DNA of 51,545 bases from Chloroflexota bacterium (GTDB lineage: Bacteria > Chloroflexota > Limnocylindria > Limnocylindrales > Limnocylindraceae): the NCBI GenBank assembly GCA_038145565.1, contig JAYQPX010000001.1, positions 74,255-125,799 of the forward strand. The letters run 5' to 3'. A program made the translations under genes and the position numbers. A model generated the notes under the pieces. The model did no database searches. It was not told where the DNA came from and saw only the letters and a list, made by a program, of their open reading frames with translations. Shown piece after piece: positions 27,418 to 37,007 of this stretch (position 1 is the stretch's first letter; every line of letters starts with the position of its first letter).

Positions 27418-28755
27418 CTACGCCGCGGAGGCGGCGGCCGCTGACTGCGCGGCAAAGGCTGCGTCGAGCTTTTTGACGAGCACCTCGCGAAGTCGGTCGG
27501 CCTCCTCTTCGAGCGGGAGGGCGGCGACGACCGGTTCGAGGTAGCCCATGACAATCGTGCGCCGCGCCTCTGCCTCGGTGAGCCCGCGGGTGCGCAAATA
27601 GAAGATCTGGTTCTGATCGATCGGGCCCACGGAACTACCGTGCGCGGCGCGCTCGCAGTCGGGCTGGTCAATCCAGAGTGATGGGATGGCCACGCTGCGT
27701 GCCGTCTTGGAGAGGAGCATGCCGAACTCGCCAAGATAAGAGTTGGTTCCTCTTCCAGATCGCGGGATGGTAGTGACGCCCTTCACGAATCCGCGCGCCT
27801 TCCCCGCAAAGATTCCCTTAGCGAGGAGGTCGCCGACCGTCTTCTCGCCCGCGTGCAGGCTATACGTGGTGAGATCATGCAACTGTTCGCCACCAGCGAA
27901 GAGGACCTCCACCTGACGAACCATCGATCCGTTCCCTTTGAGCTGATGGTCGATGCGACCGCGCACAAGCCGCGCGCCGATCTGCGCCGCCGCAATCTGC
28001 AGTTCCGCGTCCGCGCCGAATTCGTGGCGGCGCACTGGGAGGTAGACAACATCTTCAGGAAGCTCTTGGATGGAGGCGAGACGTAGCGTAGCCCCCTTCC
28101 CAAGCGTTACTTCGCTTGTGGTTGCGAGGAGAGCCCTTGCTGTGGTGCCAGTGCGCATGTTGCTTGCGGCGCTGGTGCCGATCACCTCTTCGCTGATCGT
28201 CGCACTCGTGTTCTCGCCGAGCGTGACGGCGATCCGTGTGACAAGGGCCTCTCCCTGTGCGGGTGACTCGACCTTGATGACAATTGGAGCGGCGATTGCG
28301 CCGCGCGCCAGCGTGATCTGAATGCCGCTCCCCCAGTAGGCGCCGATCAGTGCGGTCATGCGGTCGCCCTCTGCACCGGCGAGTGGCGTCTCCCCTGCGA
28401 GCGGCTTTACGGAGAGGCCTGCAGCGCGCGCCTCTGCACCGAGATGTGTGGCAACACCACGTGCCGAGATGTGAATCAGCGCCGCCGCTCCATCGGGGAG
28501 ATCGCCTGCTGAAAGCTCGCCGATCGTTGCAGGCGGTGTGAGCAGCCTGGACTCCTGAAGCTCCGCGCTTCGAAGGTCTACGTATCCGGTGAAGAGGAGG
28601 TTGGACTCTGCTGGAAGCGCATGGAACGCCGTGTGCGCCGCGGTGCGAGGCTCATGACCTCCTAGGATCCCCGCGAGTCGTGCAACCTCTCTCTCTGTCG
28701 CCCAACTGAGCGGAAGATCGGCGAGCCCACGCCGGGCGGGCGTGGCGTCACTCAC
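27418..28755 (-). CDS. sufD: Fe-S cluster assembly protein SufD (SufB/D family)
   Basis: Beta-helix repeats, HGSSVG, QIFYLRTRGL and EARRTIV.G. Directly downstream of sufB. Confidence 0.88.
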   Translation of the reverse strand: MSDATPARRGLADLPLSWATEREVARLAGILGGHEPRTAAHTAFHALPAESNLLFTGYVDLRSAELQESRLLTPPATIGELSAGDLPDGAAALIHISARGVATHLGAEARAAGLSVKPLAGETPLAGAEGDRMTALIGAYWGSGIQITLARGAIAAPIVIKVESPAQGEALVTRIAVTLGENTSATISEEVIGTSAASNMRTGTTARALLATTSEVTLGKGATLRLASIQELPEDVVYLPVRRHEFGADAELQIAAAQIGARLVRGRIDHQLKGNGSMVRQVEVLFAGGEQLHDLTTYSLHAGEKTVGDLLAKGIFAGKARGFVKGVTTIPRSGRGTNSYLGEFGMLLSKTARSVAIPSLWIDQPDCERAAHGSSVGPIDQNQIFYLRTRGLTEAEARRTIVMGYLEPVVAALPLEEEADRLREVLVKKLDAAFAAQSAAAASAA

Positions 28756-30155
28756 CCGAGCGCCCCCTCCATCTCCAACCGGATCAGGCGATTGAACTCG
28801 AGGGCGTACTCCATCGGGAGCTCCTTGGTGAAGACTTCGAGGAAGCCCTGGACGATCAGATTCGTCGCTTCGTTTTCCGTCATGCCGCGGCTCATCAGAT
28901 AGAAGATCTGATCGTCGGAGACGCGACCAACGGTGGCCTCGTGACTCATTGAGGTGTCGTCCTCTTGAATGTCGATGTATGGATACGTTTCAGAGCGACT
29001 CCCCTCGTCAAGGATGAGCGCGTCGCAACGAACGCTGGTGGTGACGCCGGTTGCGCCCGGGGCCACCTTCACGGTGCCACGGTACGTGGAGACGCCGCCA
29101 TCTTTGCTGACCGACTTTCCTACGATGCGGCTTGTGGTGTTTGGCGCTAGGTGCACTGCCTTCGCTCCCGTATCCTGGTGCTGCCCCTTGGAGGCAACAG
29201 CAACTGAGACGATCTCTGCATGCGCCTTCTCGCCGAGGAGGTAGATCCCCGGATACTTCATGGTCAGCTGCGCACCCGTGTTTGCATCGATCCACTCGAC
29301 CGTAGCACCCGCGTGCGCGTGCGCGCGCTTGGTGACTAGGTTGTAGACGTCGTTCGACCAGTTCTGGATGGTGGTGTAGCGCACCTTTGCACCTGGAAGC
29401 GCGATCACTTCCACCACTGCAACGTGAAGCGAGTCAGTGGCCCAGTTCGGCGCGGTGCAGCCCTCAATGTAATGAAGGCTCGCACCCTCATCCACAACAA
29501 TGAGTGTGCGCTCGAACTGTCCGGTGTTCTGACCGTTGATGCGGAAGTAGGCCTGGAGTGGGAGTGGCACGTCGACGCCCTTTGGAACGTAGACGAATGA
29601 TCCGCCCGACCAGACTGCGGAGTTGAGCGCCGCAAACTTGTTGTCTTCCGCTGGGACGACGGTGCCGAAGTACTTCTTGAAGATCTCCGGATACTCCTTC
29701 ATCCCCTGGTCGGTCCCCATGAAGACCACGCCGAGTTTCTCTAGGTCCTCGCGGACGGAGTGATAAACCACTTCGGAGTCATATTGCGCGCCGACGCCGG
29801 AGAGGAACTTCCGTTCCGCCTCTGGAATGCCGAGTCGCTCGAAGGTCTTCTTGATCTGATCTGGGACGTCATCCCACGACTTCTCTTCGCGCTCGGATGG
29901 CTTCCGGTAGTAGACGATTTTGGAGAAATCGAGCTTGGTGAGATCTCCACCCCAGTGCGGCATGGCGCGCGCCTCGAAGTGCTTATAGGCGCGGAGGCGG
30001 TACTCCAGCATCCATGCGGGCTCGCGCTTGGTCTCTGAGATCTCGCGAACAGTCGACTCGGTCAGGCCCGCCTTCGTCTCACGCAGGTAGGTGATGTCAT
30101 CGTGGAAGGCGTACTGCTCCCGTTCGTCGTGGACGTTCGGCTTGACGACTGTCAT
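28752..30155 (-). CDS. sufB: Fe-S cluster assembly protein SufB
   Basis: Motifs QYDSE, NKFAALN, GQFERTLI, YIEGCTAP, IQNW, CDAL, HEATV and FYLMSRG. AAGGAGG SD. Confidence 0.97.
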   Translation of the reverse strand: MTVVKPNVHDEREQYAFHDDITYLRETKAGLTESTVREISETKREPAWMLEYRLRAYKHFEARAMPHWGGDLTKLDFSKIVYYRKPSEREEKSWDDVPDQIKKTFERLGIPEAERKFLSGVGAQYDSEVVYHSVREDLEKLGVVFMGTDQGMKEYPEIFKKYFGTVVPAEDNKFAALNSAVWSGGSFVYVPKGVDVPLPLQAYFRINGQNTGQFERTLIVVDEGASLHYIEGCTAPNWATDSLHVAVVEVIALPGAKVRYTTIQNWSNDVYNLVTKRAHAHAGATVEWIDANTGAQLTMKYPGIYLLGEKAHAEIVSVAVASKGQHQDTGAKAVHLAPNTTSRIVGKSVSKDGGVSTYRGTVKVAPGATGVTTSVRCDALILDEGSRSETYPYIDIQEDDTSMSHEATVGRVSDDQIFYLMSRGMTENEATNLIVQGFLEVFTKELPMEYALEFNRLIRLEMEGALG

Positions 30156-30227
30156 GACGCCTCCTTCGGTCTCGCCGCGGATCCGTACACAAGACTAGCC
30201 TTCGCAGCGGAATCCTCTTCAATCCTA

Positions 30228-33200
30228 TCAGGATTGAACTGCGGCCGAACCCTTTCGAGAGAGCGCCGACTTCAACCCGTCTACAAGGCTGTAGATCACT
30301 GGGACGACTAGAAGGGTCAGCAGCGTCGACGAGAGGAGGCCGCCGATGACGACGGTTCCGAGCTCTGCCGCGATGATCGAACCCTCGCTCGGCCCCGCTG
30401 CAAGCGGGGTGAGGGCGAGGATCGTTGCAACCGCCGTCATGAGAATCGGGCGAACGCGCGTCGCACCAGCACGGAGGAGCGCCTCTTTCGTCGGCACCCC
30501 TTCGTGTCGCAACTGTTCCACACGATCGAGCAACACGATGGCATTGGTGACCACGATGCCGATCAGCATCAGGAATCCGATCAGCGCGGAGATGCCGATC
30601 GGTCGATTGGTGATCAGAAGCGCCGGGAAGGCGCCGATCACCGCGAGCGGCAGGCTGAACATGATCACCAGTGGATCAACGAGTGAGTTGAAGACGAGCA
30701 CCATCGTCAAGTAGACGAGCAGGATCGCCACCGCCATGGCAGTGAAAAGTCCGCTGAAAGACTCGTTCTGCTGTTCGGTAACGCCGGCGAGCCGTACGCT
30801 GACGCGATCGAGTGATCCGTCGGCCTGGAGCTTCTCTACTGCACTCTTCACTTCGCTGTTCACGGCACCCGTATCCGCAACGGCGATTTCACCTGAAACA
30901 TTCGCCGCGAGCGACTGATCGATTCGCGTGATGCTCGATGCCACGGAGATCTCTTCCACCGTGGCGATCGCGGCGAGCGGCACCTTCGTGACGCTCCCTA
31001 CCTGATACGCGCGCAGCGCATCGAGGTTGGTCATCAGCGAACTGTCAATCTTCATGGAGAGACTGACCTTCTCGTCATCCACCGAAATCTGGCCGAGCGG
31101 CGCACCAACCAGGAGGTTGCGCAGCTCCCCCGCCACTTGTGCAGCGGAGAGTCCTGCCCCAGCGGCGCGCGACGGATCGACGGTGATCTCAACCTGGCGG
31201 CCCGCTTTGACAAGGTCGCTCTTTACGTTCGCAAGGTTGTCGTTCTCGGCGAGCGTGTCCACGAGGAGGTCAGATGCGGCTTCAACATCCGCAGCACGCT
31301 CGCCCGTGATGATGATAGAGATCGCGTTCGATCCCGCCGCAAACCCGACCTCTTCCACGGTGACGGTCCAGCCATCTTTGCCGACAGGTGCCAGGGTGTC
31401 ATTGAGTCGATCCTTTGCAACCGCAAGATCCGTTGAAGAGTCAAGGATCACGGTCATGCGCGCCGCGTTAGGCGCGCGCCCGGGAATTTCGGCGGTGAGC
31501 GTCTGGCTCCCCGTTGCGCTTTCGCCTGGGATGGATGTGGTCACGAGCTCAACCTCGGCATCACGGTCAAGAAGCGCGTACGCCTGGCGGCTACGATCAA
31601 GGACGCGCTCTGTCGAGGTGCCGAGAGGCGGATTCACCGTGACGGTGAGCACCTTCTCGCTCCCGCTGTTCAAGAACTGGGTTGGGATCTGTGACACGAG
31701 TGAGAACGCCCCGACAAAGAGCGCTGCCGAAATGGCGAGCGTGGCGAACTTGGTGATGCGGCCGCGCAGCGCGAGGCTCAGGATGGGAAGATAGATTCGA
31801 CCCCAGATCGAGATCTCTTCGCGCTCTCCCTTCACTTCATACGGGATCTTCGCGGTGTCACCCTTCACCTTCACTAGGAAGTATGCGAGCACTGGGATCA
31901 CGGTGAGTGCCACGATGAGCGACGCGAGGAGGGCATAGGTCACCGTCAGCGCAAACGGAAGGAAGAACTGGCTGATCAGGCCACCAACCACGCCGAGTGG
32001 GAGGAAGACGGCGATCGTGGTGATGGTTGAGCTGGTGATCGCGGAGGCAACCTCACGCGTTCCGCCGAGCACCGCCTCACCGATCGGTTCACCCTGGCTG
32101 CGGTGTCGGTAGATGTTTTCAAGCACCACAATTGAGTCGTCGACCACGCGGCCAACGGCAACGGCGAGGCCGCCGAGGGTCATGATGTTGATCGTGATCC
32201 CGGTGGTCGCCATCAAGATGATGGCGGCGAGCACGCTGAGCGGAATGCTCACGGCGGCAACTACCGTGGAGCGGAGATTGAGGAGGAAGACGAAGATCAC
32301 CACAACAGCGAAGAACGCACCGAGGCCGCCCTCTTTCAATAGTGCATCAATTGACTCGAGGATGAAGATGGACGAGTCGGTGACGATGGAGCGCTCGACC
32401 AATTGCGAATGGTTGGCCACAAACTCGTCGATCGCGGCGATCGACTCTTCTGCGGTGGTTACCGTGTTCGCCTCGGCAGACTTGCTGACGCTGAGCGAAA
32501 GGCCAGGCTCACCATTGGTCTCAGACCAGCCGGTGGTTCGAACCTCAGCGAGCGAGACGGTGGCGACCTGTCCAAGGAAGATCGGGACAGGCTGCCCCGT
32601 GGCGTCAACAGAACCGCCGACAACGAGCTGCTGCAGCTGTTCAATGGAGGTGAATCGACCGGTCGCCGAGACTGGGACAAGCGCGCCGTCCACCGGCAAC
32701 TGACCTGCGGGAAAGGTGAGGTTGTTCCCTTGGATGATCCCTTGGACTTGAGAAACACTGATTCGCGCGCTCGCGAGTTTTGCCGCGTCCATCAAGATGA
32801 TCGCCTGCTGCTCGCTGCCGCCCGAAAGGTCTGCGGAAGAGACGCCAGCAACTCCTCGAAGTGATGGCATGAGCTCTGCTTCCGCCAGCTCAGCGAGCTC
32901 GGTCAGCGTCGTGTCGCCCTTCGGCGAGAGTGTTGCGATCACTACGGCGGCGGAGTTGATGTTGAAATTGCGCACAACAGGGGTGACGCCATCAGGAAGG
33001 TTCGCACTGTTGATTCCCGCCTCAACGAGTCGAAGGATCTCCTTGACATCGCTGCCGTAGGCGAACTCTGCACTCACGAATCCGAGGCCGGTCGTGGAAA
33101 CCGAGCGCAGCGATTCCACCCCCGGAACGGCGGCAACCGCCGCCTCAATTGGGGCGGCAACCTGCTCAGCAACGTCGGCGGTTCCAGCACCCGGGTACGG

Positions 33201-33350
33201 GGCGATCACCGTCACGATTGGAAAGTCGATGTTCGGCAGCAGCTCCTGCTTCAGGTTCCCCCAGCTCGCCACACCACCACCGAACACCGCGAGGGCGATC
33301 AAGATGGTGACGCTTCGTCGTGCGACCGCGAGCTTCGTCAGGAAGAACAC
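30228..33350 (-). CDS. RND efflux permease (AcrB/SwrC-like)
   Basis: Motifs ELLP.ID.P, YPGA, IPLS, GRVVDDSIVVLEN, IVVTNAIVL and R.RPILMT. True start is GTG 33350 after GGAGG; the longer ORF overlaps osmC antisense. Confidence 0.93.
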   Translation of the reverse strand: MFFLTKLAVARRSVTILIALAVFGGGVASWGNLKQELLPNIDFPIVTVIAPYPGAGTADVAEQVAAPIEAAVAAVPGVESLRSVSTTGLGFVSAEFAYGSDVKEILRLVEAGINSANLPDGVTPVVRNFNINSAAVVIATLSPKGDTTLTELAELAEAELMPSLRGVAGVSSADLSGGSEQQAIILMDAAKLASARISVSQVQGIIQGNNLTFPAGQLPVDGALVPVSATGRFTSIEQLQQLVVGGSVDATGQPVPIFLGQVATVSLAEVRTTGWSETNGEPGLSLSVSKSAEANTVTTAEESIAAIDEFVANHSQLVERSIVTDSSIFILESIDALLKEGGLGAFFAVVVIFVFLLNLRSTVVAAVSIPLSVLAAIILMATTGITINIMTLGGLAVAVGRVVDDSIVVLENIYRHRSQGEPIGEAVLGGTREVASAITSSTITTIAVFLPLGVVGGLISQFFLPFALTVTYALLASLIVALTVIPVLAYFLVKVKGDTAKIPYEVKGEREEISIWGRIYLPILSLALRGRITKFATLAISAALFVGAFSLVSQIPTQFLNSGSEKVLTVTVNPPLGTSTERVLDRSRQAYALLDRDAEVELVTTSIPGESATGSQTLTAEIPGRAPNAARMTVILDSSTDLAVAKDRLNDTLAPVGKDGWTVTVEEVGFAAGSNAISIIITGERAADVEAASDLLVDTLAENDNLANVKSDLVKAGRQVEITVDPSRAAGAGLSAAQVAGELRNLLVGAPLGQISVDDEKVSLSMKIDSSLMTNLDALRAYQVGSVTKVPLAAIATVEEISVASSITRIDQSLAANVSGEIAVADTGAVNSEVKSAVEKLQADGSLDRVSVRLAGVTEQQNESFSGLFTAMAVAILLVYLTMVLVFNSLVDPLVIMFSLPLAVIGAFPALLITNRPIGISALIGFLMLIGIVVTNAIVLLDRVEQLRHEGVPTKEALLRAGATRVRPILMTAVATILALTPLAAGPSEGSIIAAELGTVVIGGLLSSTLLTLLVVPVIYSLVDGLKSALSRKGSAAVQS

Positions 33351-33462
33351 AGAGACCTCCAGTGGTTTTGTGCGGCTGCGGGAATCCGACACCGTCCCCG
33401 TTAGTATTGCGGATGCCTGCCGAATGCGCAGCGGGTGAGGAGATGGATTAAGGAGCGTGAAC

Positions 33463-33897
33463 ATGACGACGCGAACCGCTTCGGCGACTTGGAACGGCAC
33501 CCTTCTCGAAGGATCAGGCGAGATCACGACGGTAGAGAGTGGCGCGTTCGGCGGACTCCCCGTCAGCTGGCCACGTCGATCCGAATCGCATGACGGCGTC
33601 ACCTCCCCTGAAGAACTGCTCGCGGCGGCGCACGCCTCCTGTTTCGCCATGGCCCTCTCAGGCGGCCTTGCCCGCAACAGCACACCAGCCGAACGGCTCG
33701 ACGTCTCCGCAACGATCACCTTTGAGAAGGTTGAGGCGGGATGGCGCGTCACGAAATCGGCGCTTGCGTTGAAGGGTGTGGTCCCCGGTCTTGACGCGAC
33801 GAAGTTCAGCGAGCTCGCTGAGGCGGCGAAGGGTGGTTGCCCGATCTCTTCGGCGCTCGCGGGAAACGTAGCGATCTCGCTGGAAATCTCCGGCTAA
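33463..33897 (+). CDS. osmC: OsmC peroxiredoxin
   Basis: Motifs A.W.G.L..GSG, SPEELLAAAHASCFAMAL and AK.GCPIS.AL. AAGGAG SD. Confidence 0.93.
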   Translation: MTTRTASATWNGTLLEGSGEITTVESGAFGGLPVSWPRRSESHDGVTSPEELLAAAHASCFAMALSGGLARNSTPAERLDVSATITFEKVEAGWRVTKSALALKGVVPGLDATKFSELAEAAKGGCPISSALAGNVAISLEISG

Positions 33898-33927
33898 GTC
33901 GCTCGCGATTCTCGCGGCGGTCGACCG

Positions 33928-35271
33928 CTAGGACCCTTCGCGGATCGTACGAATCGCGTCGGCGGTTCCGCGAGCGATGCGATCGATCTCTTGGTCGCCA
34001 ATGACAAACGGCGGACCGATCACCAACTGATCGCCGTCGCTGCCGTTCGCTTGACCTGTTGCGCTGTAGAGCAGGAGCCCCTCTTCGCCGGATCTTTTCG
34101 CTTCAGCGAGCACCCGCTCGGTGATCCGAGCGCTCCTCGGATGCGGCAGTTTGCTCTGCGCATCAGCCACAAGTTCGACGCCGATCAGGAGGCCGCGTCC
34201 ACGAATCTCACCAACCCACGGCTCACCGCTGAGCTCGGCGATGAGCGCGGCGCGCAGTTGCAGCCCACGGGCGGCCGACGCCTCCACGAGCTTCTCATCT
34301 CGAAGCACCCGCAGCACGGCGCGTGCAACCGCGGCACCTGGAATGGAGTGGCTGTAGGTAAAGCCGTGCACGAAGCCTGAGATAATCAGCGGTTCAACAA
34401 CGCGCCCGGAGAGTGCGACGAAACCGAACGGCCAGTAGCCACTCGTTGCACCCTTCGCCGCAAAGAGAAGATCGGGGCGGAGTCCCCAGTGGTTCACGCC
34501 GAACCAGGTTCCCGTTCGCCCGAATCCGGTCATCACTTCGTCCGCAACCAAGAGCACGCTGTTCCGCGTGCACCAATCCGACACAAGTGGCCAGTAGTCA
34601 TCGGGCGGGACTGCACCCGCGAGAGTGGCGCCAACAATCGGCTCGGCAACAAATGCGGCAATGCGACCGGGGCCGACGCGGTGCAAGAGCGCATCCAGTT
34701 CGGCGACCGCCTCGGCACCTGTTCCAATTGCGTTCGCTCCGTTGAGCCCCGCGCGATACGGATACGCAGCCGAAACGTGTTCGAATCGTCCGAGCCACGG
34801 CTCGTATGGTGCGCGAAGTCCGCGTCGACCTGAAAGGTCGAGCGCACCGAGCGTGTTGCCGTGGTAACTCCCCCATCGGCTCACCACCACCGTTCGCTCC
34901 GGCTCGCCACGCGCCAACCAGTAGGCGCGCACCACCTTCAACGCCGTCTCCGCCGCTTCAGAACCTCCGGACACCGGATAGAGCGACGCCCCCTCCATTG
35001 GCAGAAGCGGCCCTAGCTCTTCCGCCCACAACTCAAGTGCCTCAGCAGTGAAGGCACTCCCGTGCGCGTAGGCAATCTTCGCCGCCTGCTCTGCGGCCGC
35101 CGCGGCGATGTTGGCGCGGCCATGTCCGACGCCAACCACGATGGCGCCGCCCGCAGCGTCCAGATAGCGCCGGCCGTTTGCATCGGTGATCCACGCACCG
35201 TCACCGCTGACCGCACGTGGGAGTGCCGCGCCTCCGCGGCTGAAGATCTTTGCGTTAGTCATGTCTGCCAT
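33928..35271 (-). CDS. Class-III PLP aminotransferase
   Basis: Motifs YLDAAGGA, SGGSEA, SYHGNTLGAL, EPIVGA, DEVMTGFGRTG, AAKG and HGFTY. Confidence 0.9.
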   Translation of the reverse strand: MADMTNAKIFSRGGAALPRAVSGDGAWITDANGRRYLDAAGGAIVVGVGHGRANIAAAAAEQAAKIAYAHGSAFTAEALELWAEELGPLLPMEGASLYPVSGGSEAAETALKVVRAYWLARGEPERTVVVSRWGSYHGNTLGALDLSGRRGLRAPYEPWLGRFEHVSAAYPYRAGLNGANAIGTGAEAVAELDALLHRVGPGRIAAFVAEPIVGATLAGAVPPDDYWPLVSDWCTRNSVLLVADEVMTGFGRTGTWFGVNHWGLRPDLLFAAKGATSGYWPFGFVALSGRVVEPLIISGFVHGFTYSHSIPGAAVARAVLRVLRDEKLVEASAARGLQLRAALIAELSGEPWVGEIRGRGLLIGVELVADAQSKLPHPRSARITERVLAEAKRSGEEGLLLYSATGQANGSDGDQLVIGPPFVIGDQEIDRIARGTADAIRTIREGS

Positions 35272-36050
35272 TAGACATATGCGCCAGTCGGATCCAACTC
35301 TTCACGGATCAGGCGCAACTCCTCTGCGGTCGGTGAAGGCGTCTCTGGAACGTTCGCTGGAGTGGGAATCGCCCATCCGATCGTGGACTTCACTTCGTCG
35401 AGCGTTGCGCCAGGGTGGATGCTGCGCAGCTCCATCTCACCATCGCTGTTGAATCCGTATACGGCAAGGTCGGTCACCACCACCGATGGTCCACTCCCAC
35501 CCCACCCTTGCGCTCGGCGCAATGTGGCGGCGGCGACGGCGCCTCCGAGGTGTCCTGGCGAGGTTCGGAAATCAAGAGACTCAACAAAACTCCGCGTGCT
35601 CTGTCGCATGATCACCATGATCTCTTTGGCATTGATGGCGATCTCACACGCGCCACCCGAACCTGGAAGTCGTGTCTTCGGTGTTGCGTAGTCGCCGATC
35701 ACCGTGGTGTTCAGGTTTCCGTATCTGTCAATCTGCGCACCGCCGAGGAAGCCCACATCAATGCGACCCCCTTGCAGGTAGAGGCCGAATAGGTCGTGCA
35801 TGGAGACGGTCGCCGTGGAGCCCGTGACAATCGTTGGGTCGCCAATCGAGAGTGGAAGGCGCGCAGGATTCGCGCCGAAGACACCCGCTTCGTAGACAAG
35901 CTCCATCTGCGGTGCAACGGTCCGCTTCGCCAGATTCACCGCGATGTTTGGCAGGCCGACCCCCACGAAACAGACGCGCTTCCCCGCAAGTGCACGTGCC
36001 GCCGCCACAACCATAAGTTCGTTGCGGCTCGCAGGCTTCGGTGCATTCAT
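35271..36050 (-). CDS. Family-I CoA-transferase beta subunit (GctB/CatJ-like)
   Basis: Motifs FVGVGLP, YEAG (catalytic Glu position), GGAQIDRYGNLN, RLPGSGG and VVTDL. Confidence 0.9.
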   Translation of the reverse strand: MNAPKPASRNELMVVAAARALAGKRVCFVGVGLPNIAVNLAKRTVAPQMELVYEAGVFGANPARLPLSIGDPTIVTGSTATVSMHDLFGLYLQGGRIDVGFLGGAQIDRYGNLNTTVIGDYATPKTRLPGSGGACEIAINAKEIMVIMRQSTRSFVESLDFRTSPGHLGGAVAAATLRRAQGWGGSGPSVVVTDLAVYGFNSDGEMELRSIHPGATLDEVKSTIGWAIPTPANVPETPSPTAEELRLIREELDPTGAYV

Positions 36051-36988
36051 CGGTAGTCACCGTAATCAACGACTCCCGACGGAGCGGATGGCGGAATGAG
36101 CCCCTTGAAATACGCCGCGCCGAATTTTGCAACATAGGCGGCGCGATCTGGCAGGTCAAAGACCCACTCCTTCAACCACGCCTCGGTTGCTGCGGGGTCG
36201 CGGCTGATCGTGTCCCACTCGCGATAGAAGGCGTTGTCACGGTCATAGACTCCCTGCACATATGAAGGGTGTGCGCCGAACGGCTCGTGCACCACGGCGT
36301 TCACAATCAGTCCCGGCACGATGGTGCGATTCGGATCGGCGCGAATCACACTCGTCGGCACGATCTCTTCCACCACAGCAATCACGCGCTTCGCCGCAAA
36401 CGCCGCCTCCTTCTGGCAGCCGAGGAGGCCCCACATCTGCACGTTTCCTTCGTCGTCGGCGCGCTGCGCATGGATGATCGCCACGTCCGGATTCAGCGGC
36501 GGCACCGCCCAGATCTTCCCGTCGCCGTAGGGGCTCTCCACCTGACGAATCAGCGGATTCACCTTCGGCAGGTCGCTCTCTGAATACGAACGGAGCGGAT
36601 AGAACGGGAGTCGGTGCGCCCCCGCAACGTATCGGCCGACCATGCCGTGGTGGCTGTACTCCTCCATCTCCAGGAGTGTCTCGCCTGCGGCGAGCGCGGC
36701 GGGCTCCGTGCGACGCCGAATGGCGTGGAGTGATCCCACGCCAGGGTTGCCGAGCCAGCTGAAGATCAGCTTCTTGGCGCAACCGGCGGCCACCATCTGG
36801 TCATAGACAAGATCGGGTGTCATGCGCGCAAGGGTGAGGTTACGGCGCTTCTGACGGATGATCTCGTGTCCAGCCGCGAATGAGATGCAGTGCGTGAATC
36901 CTTCGATCGCCACCGTGTCGCCATCGTGGACGTGCGCGGCGATTGCGTCGCGCATGCTGAGGAGCTTGGATCCGGTCGATCCGGACAC
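36047..36988 (-). CDS. Family-I CoA-transferase alpha subunit (GctA/CatI-like)
   Basis: Motifs DGDTVAIEGFTH, HEIIRQ, SWLGNPGVG, EEYSH, PDVAIIHAQRAD and GAHPS. Confidence 0.9.
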   Translation of the reverse strand: MSGSTGSKLLSMRDAIAAHVHDGDTVAIEGFTHCISFAAGHEIIRQKRRNLTLARMTPDLVYDQMVAAGCAKKLIFSWLGNPGVGSLHAIRRRTEPAALAAGETLLEMEEYSHHGMVGRYVAGAHRLPFYPLRSYSESDLPKVNPLIRQVESPYGDGKIWAVPPLNPDVAIIHAQRADDEGNVQMWGLLGCQKEAAFAAKRVIAVVEEIVPTSVIRADPNRTIVPGLIVNAVVHEPFGAHPSYVQGVYDRDNAFYREWDTISRDPAATEAWLKEWVFDLPDRAAYVAKFGAAYFKGLIPPSAPSGVVDYGDYR

Positions 36989-37007
36989 GCTGAGTTCCGC
37001 GGTGCTA

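Noticed and set aside
27408-27734. Long N-terminal extension of the Rieske protein overlapping sufD
   Set aside because: Alternative-frame read-through with Arg/Ser/Pro-rich composition; the domain begins at GTG 27407.
33351-33752. 134-aa N-terminal extension of the RND ORF in the ORF track
   Set aside because: It is antisense to osmC; a GGAGG-GTG start at 33350 gives the normal RND N-terminus.
33900-33919. GC hairpin between convergent osmC and aminotransferase as a terminator
   Set aside because: Only a 5-bp core stem and no U-tract on either strand.
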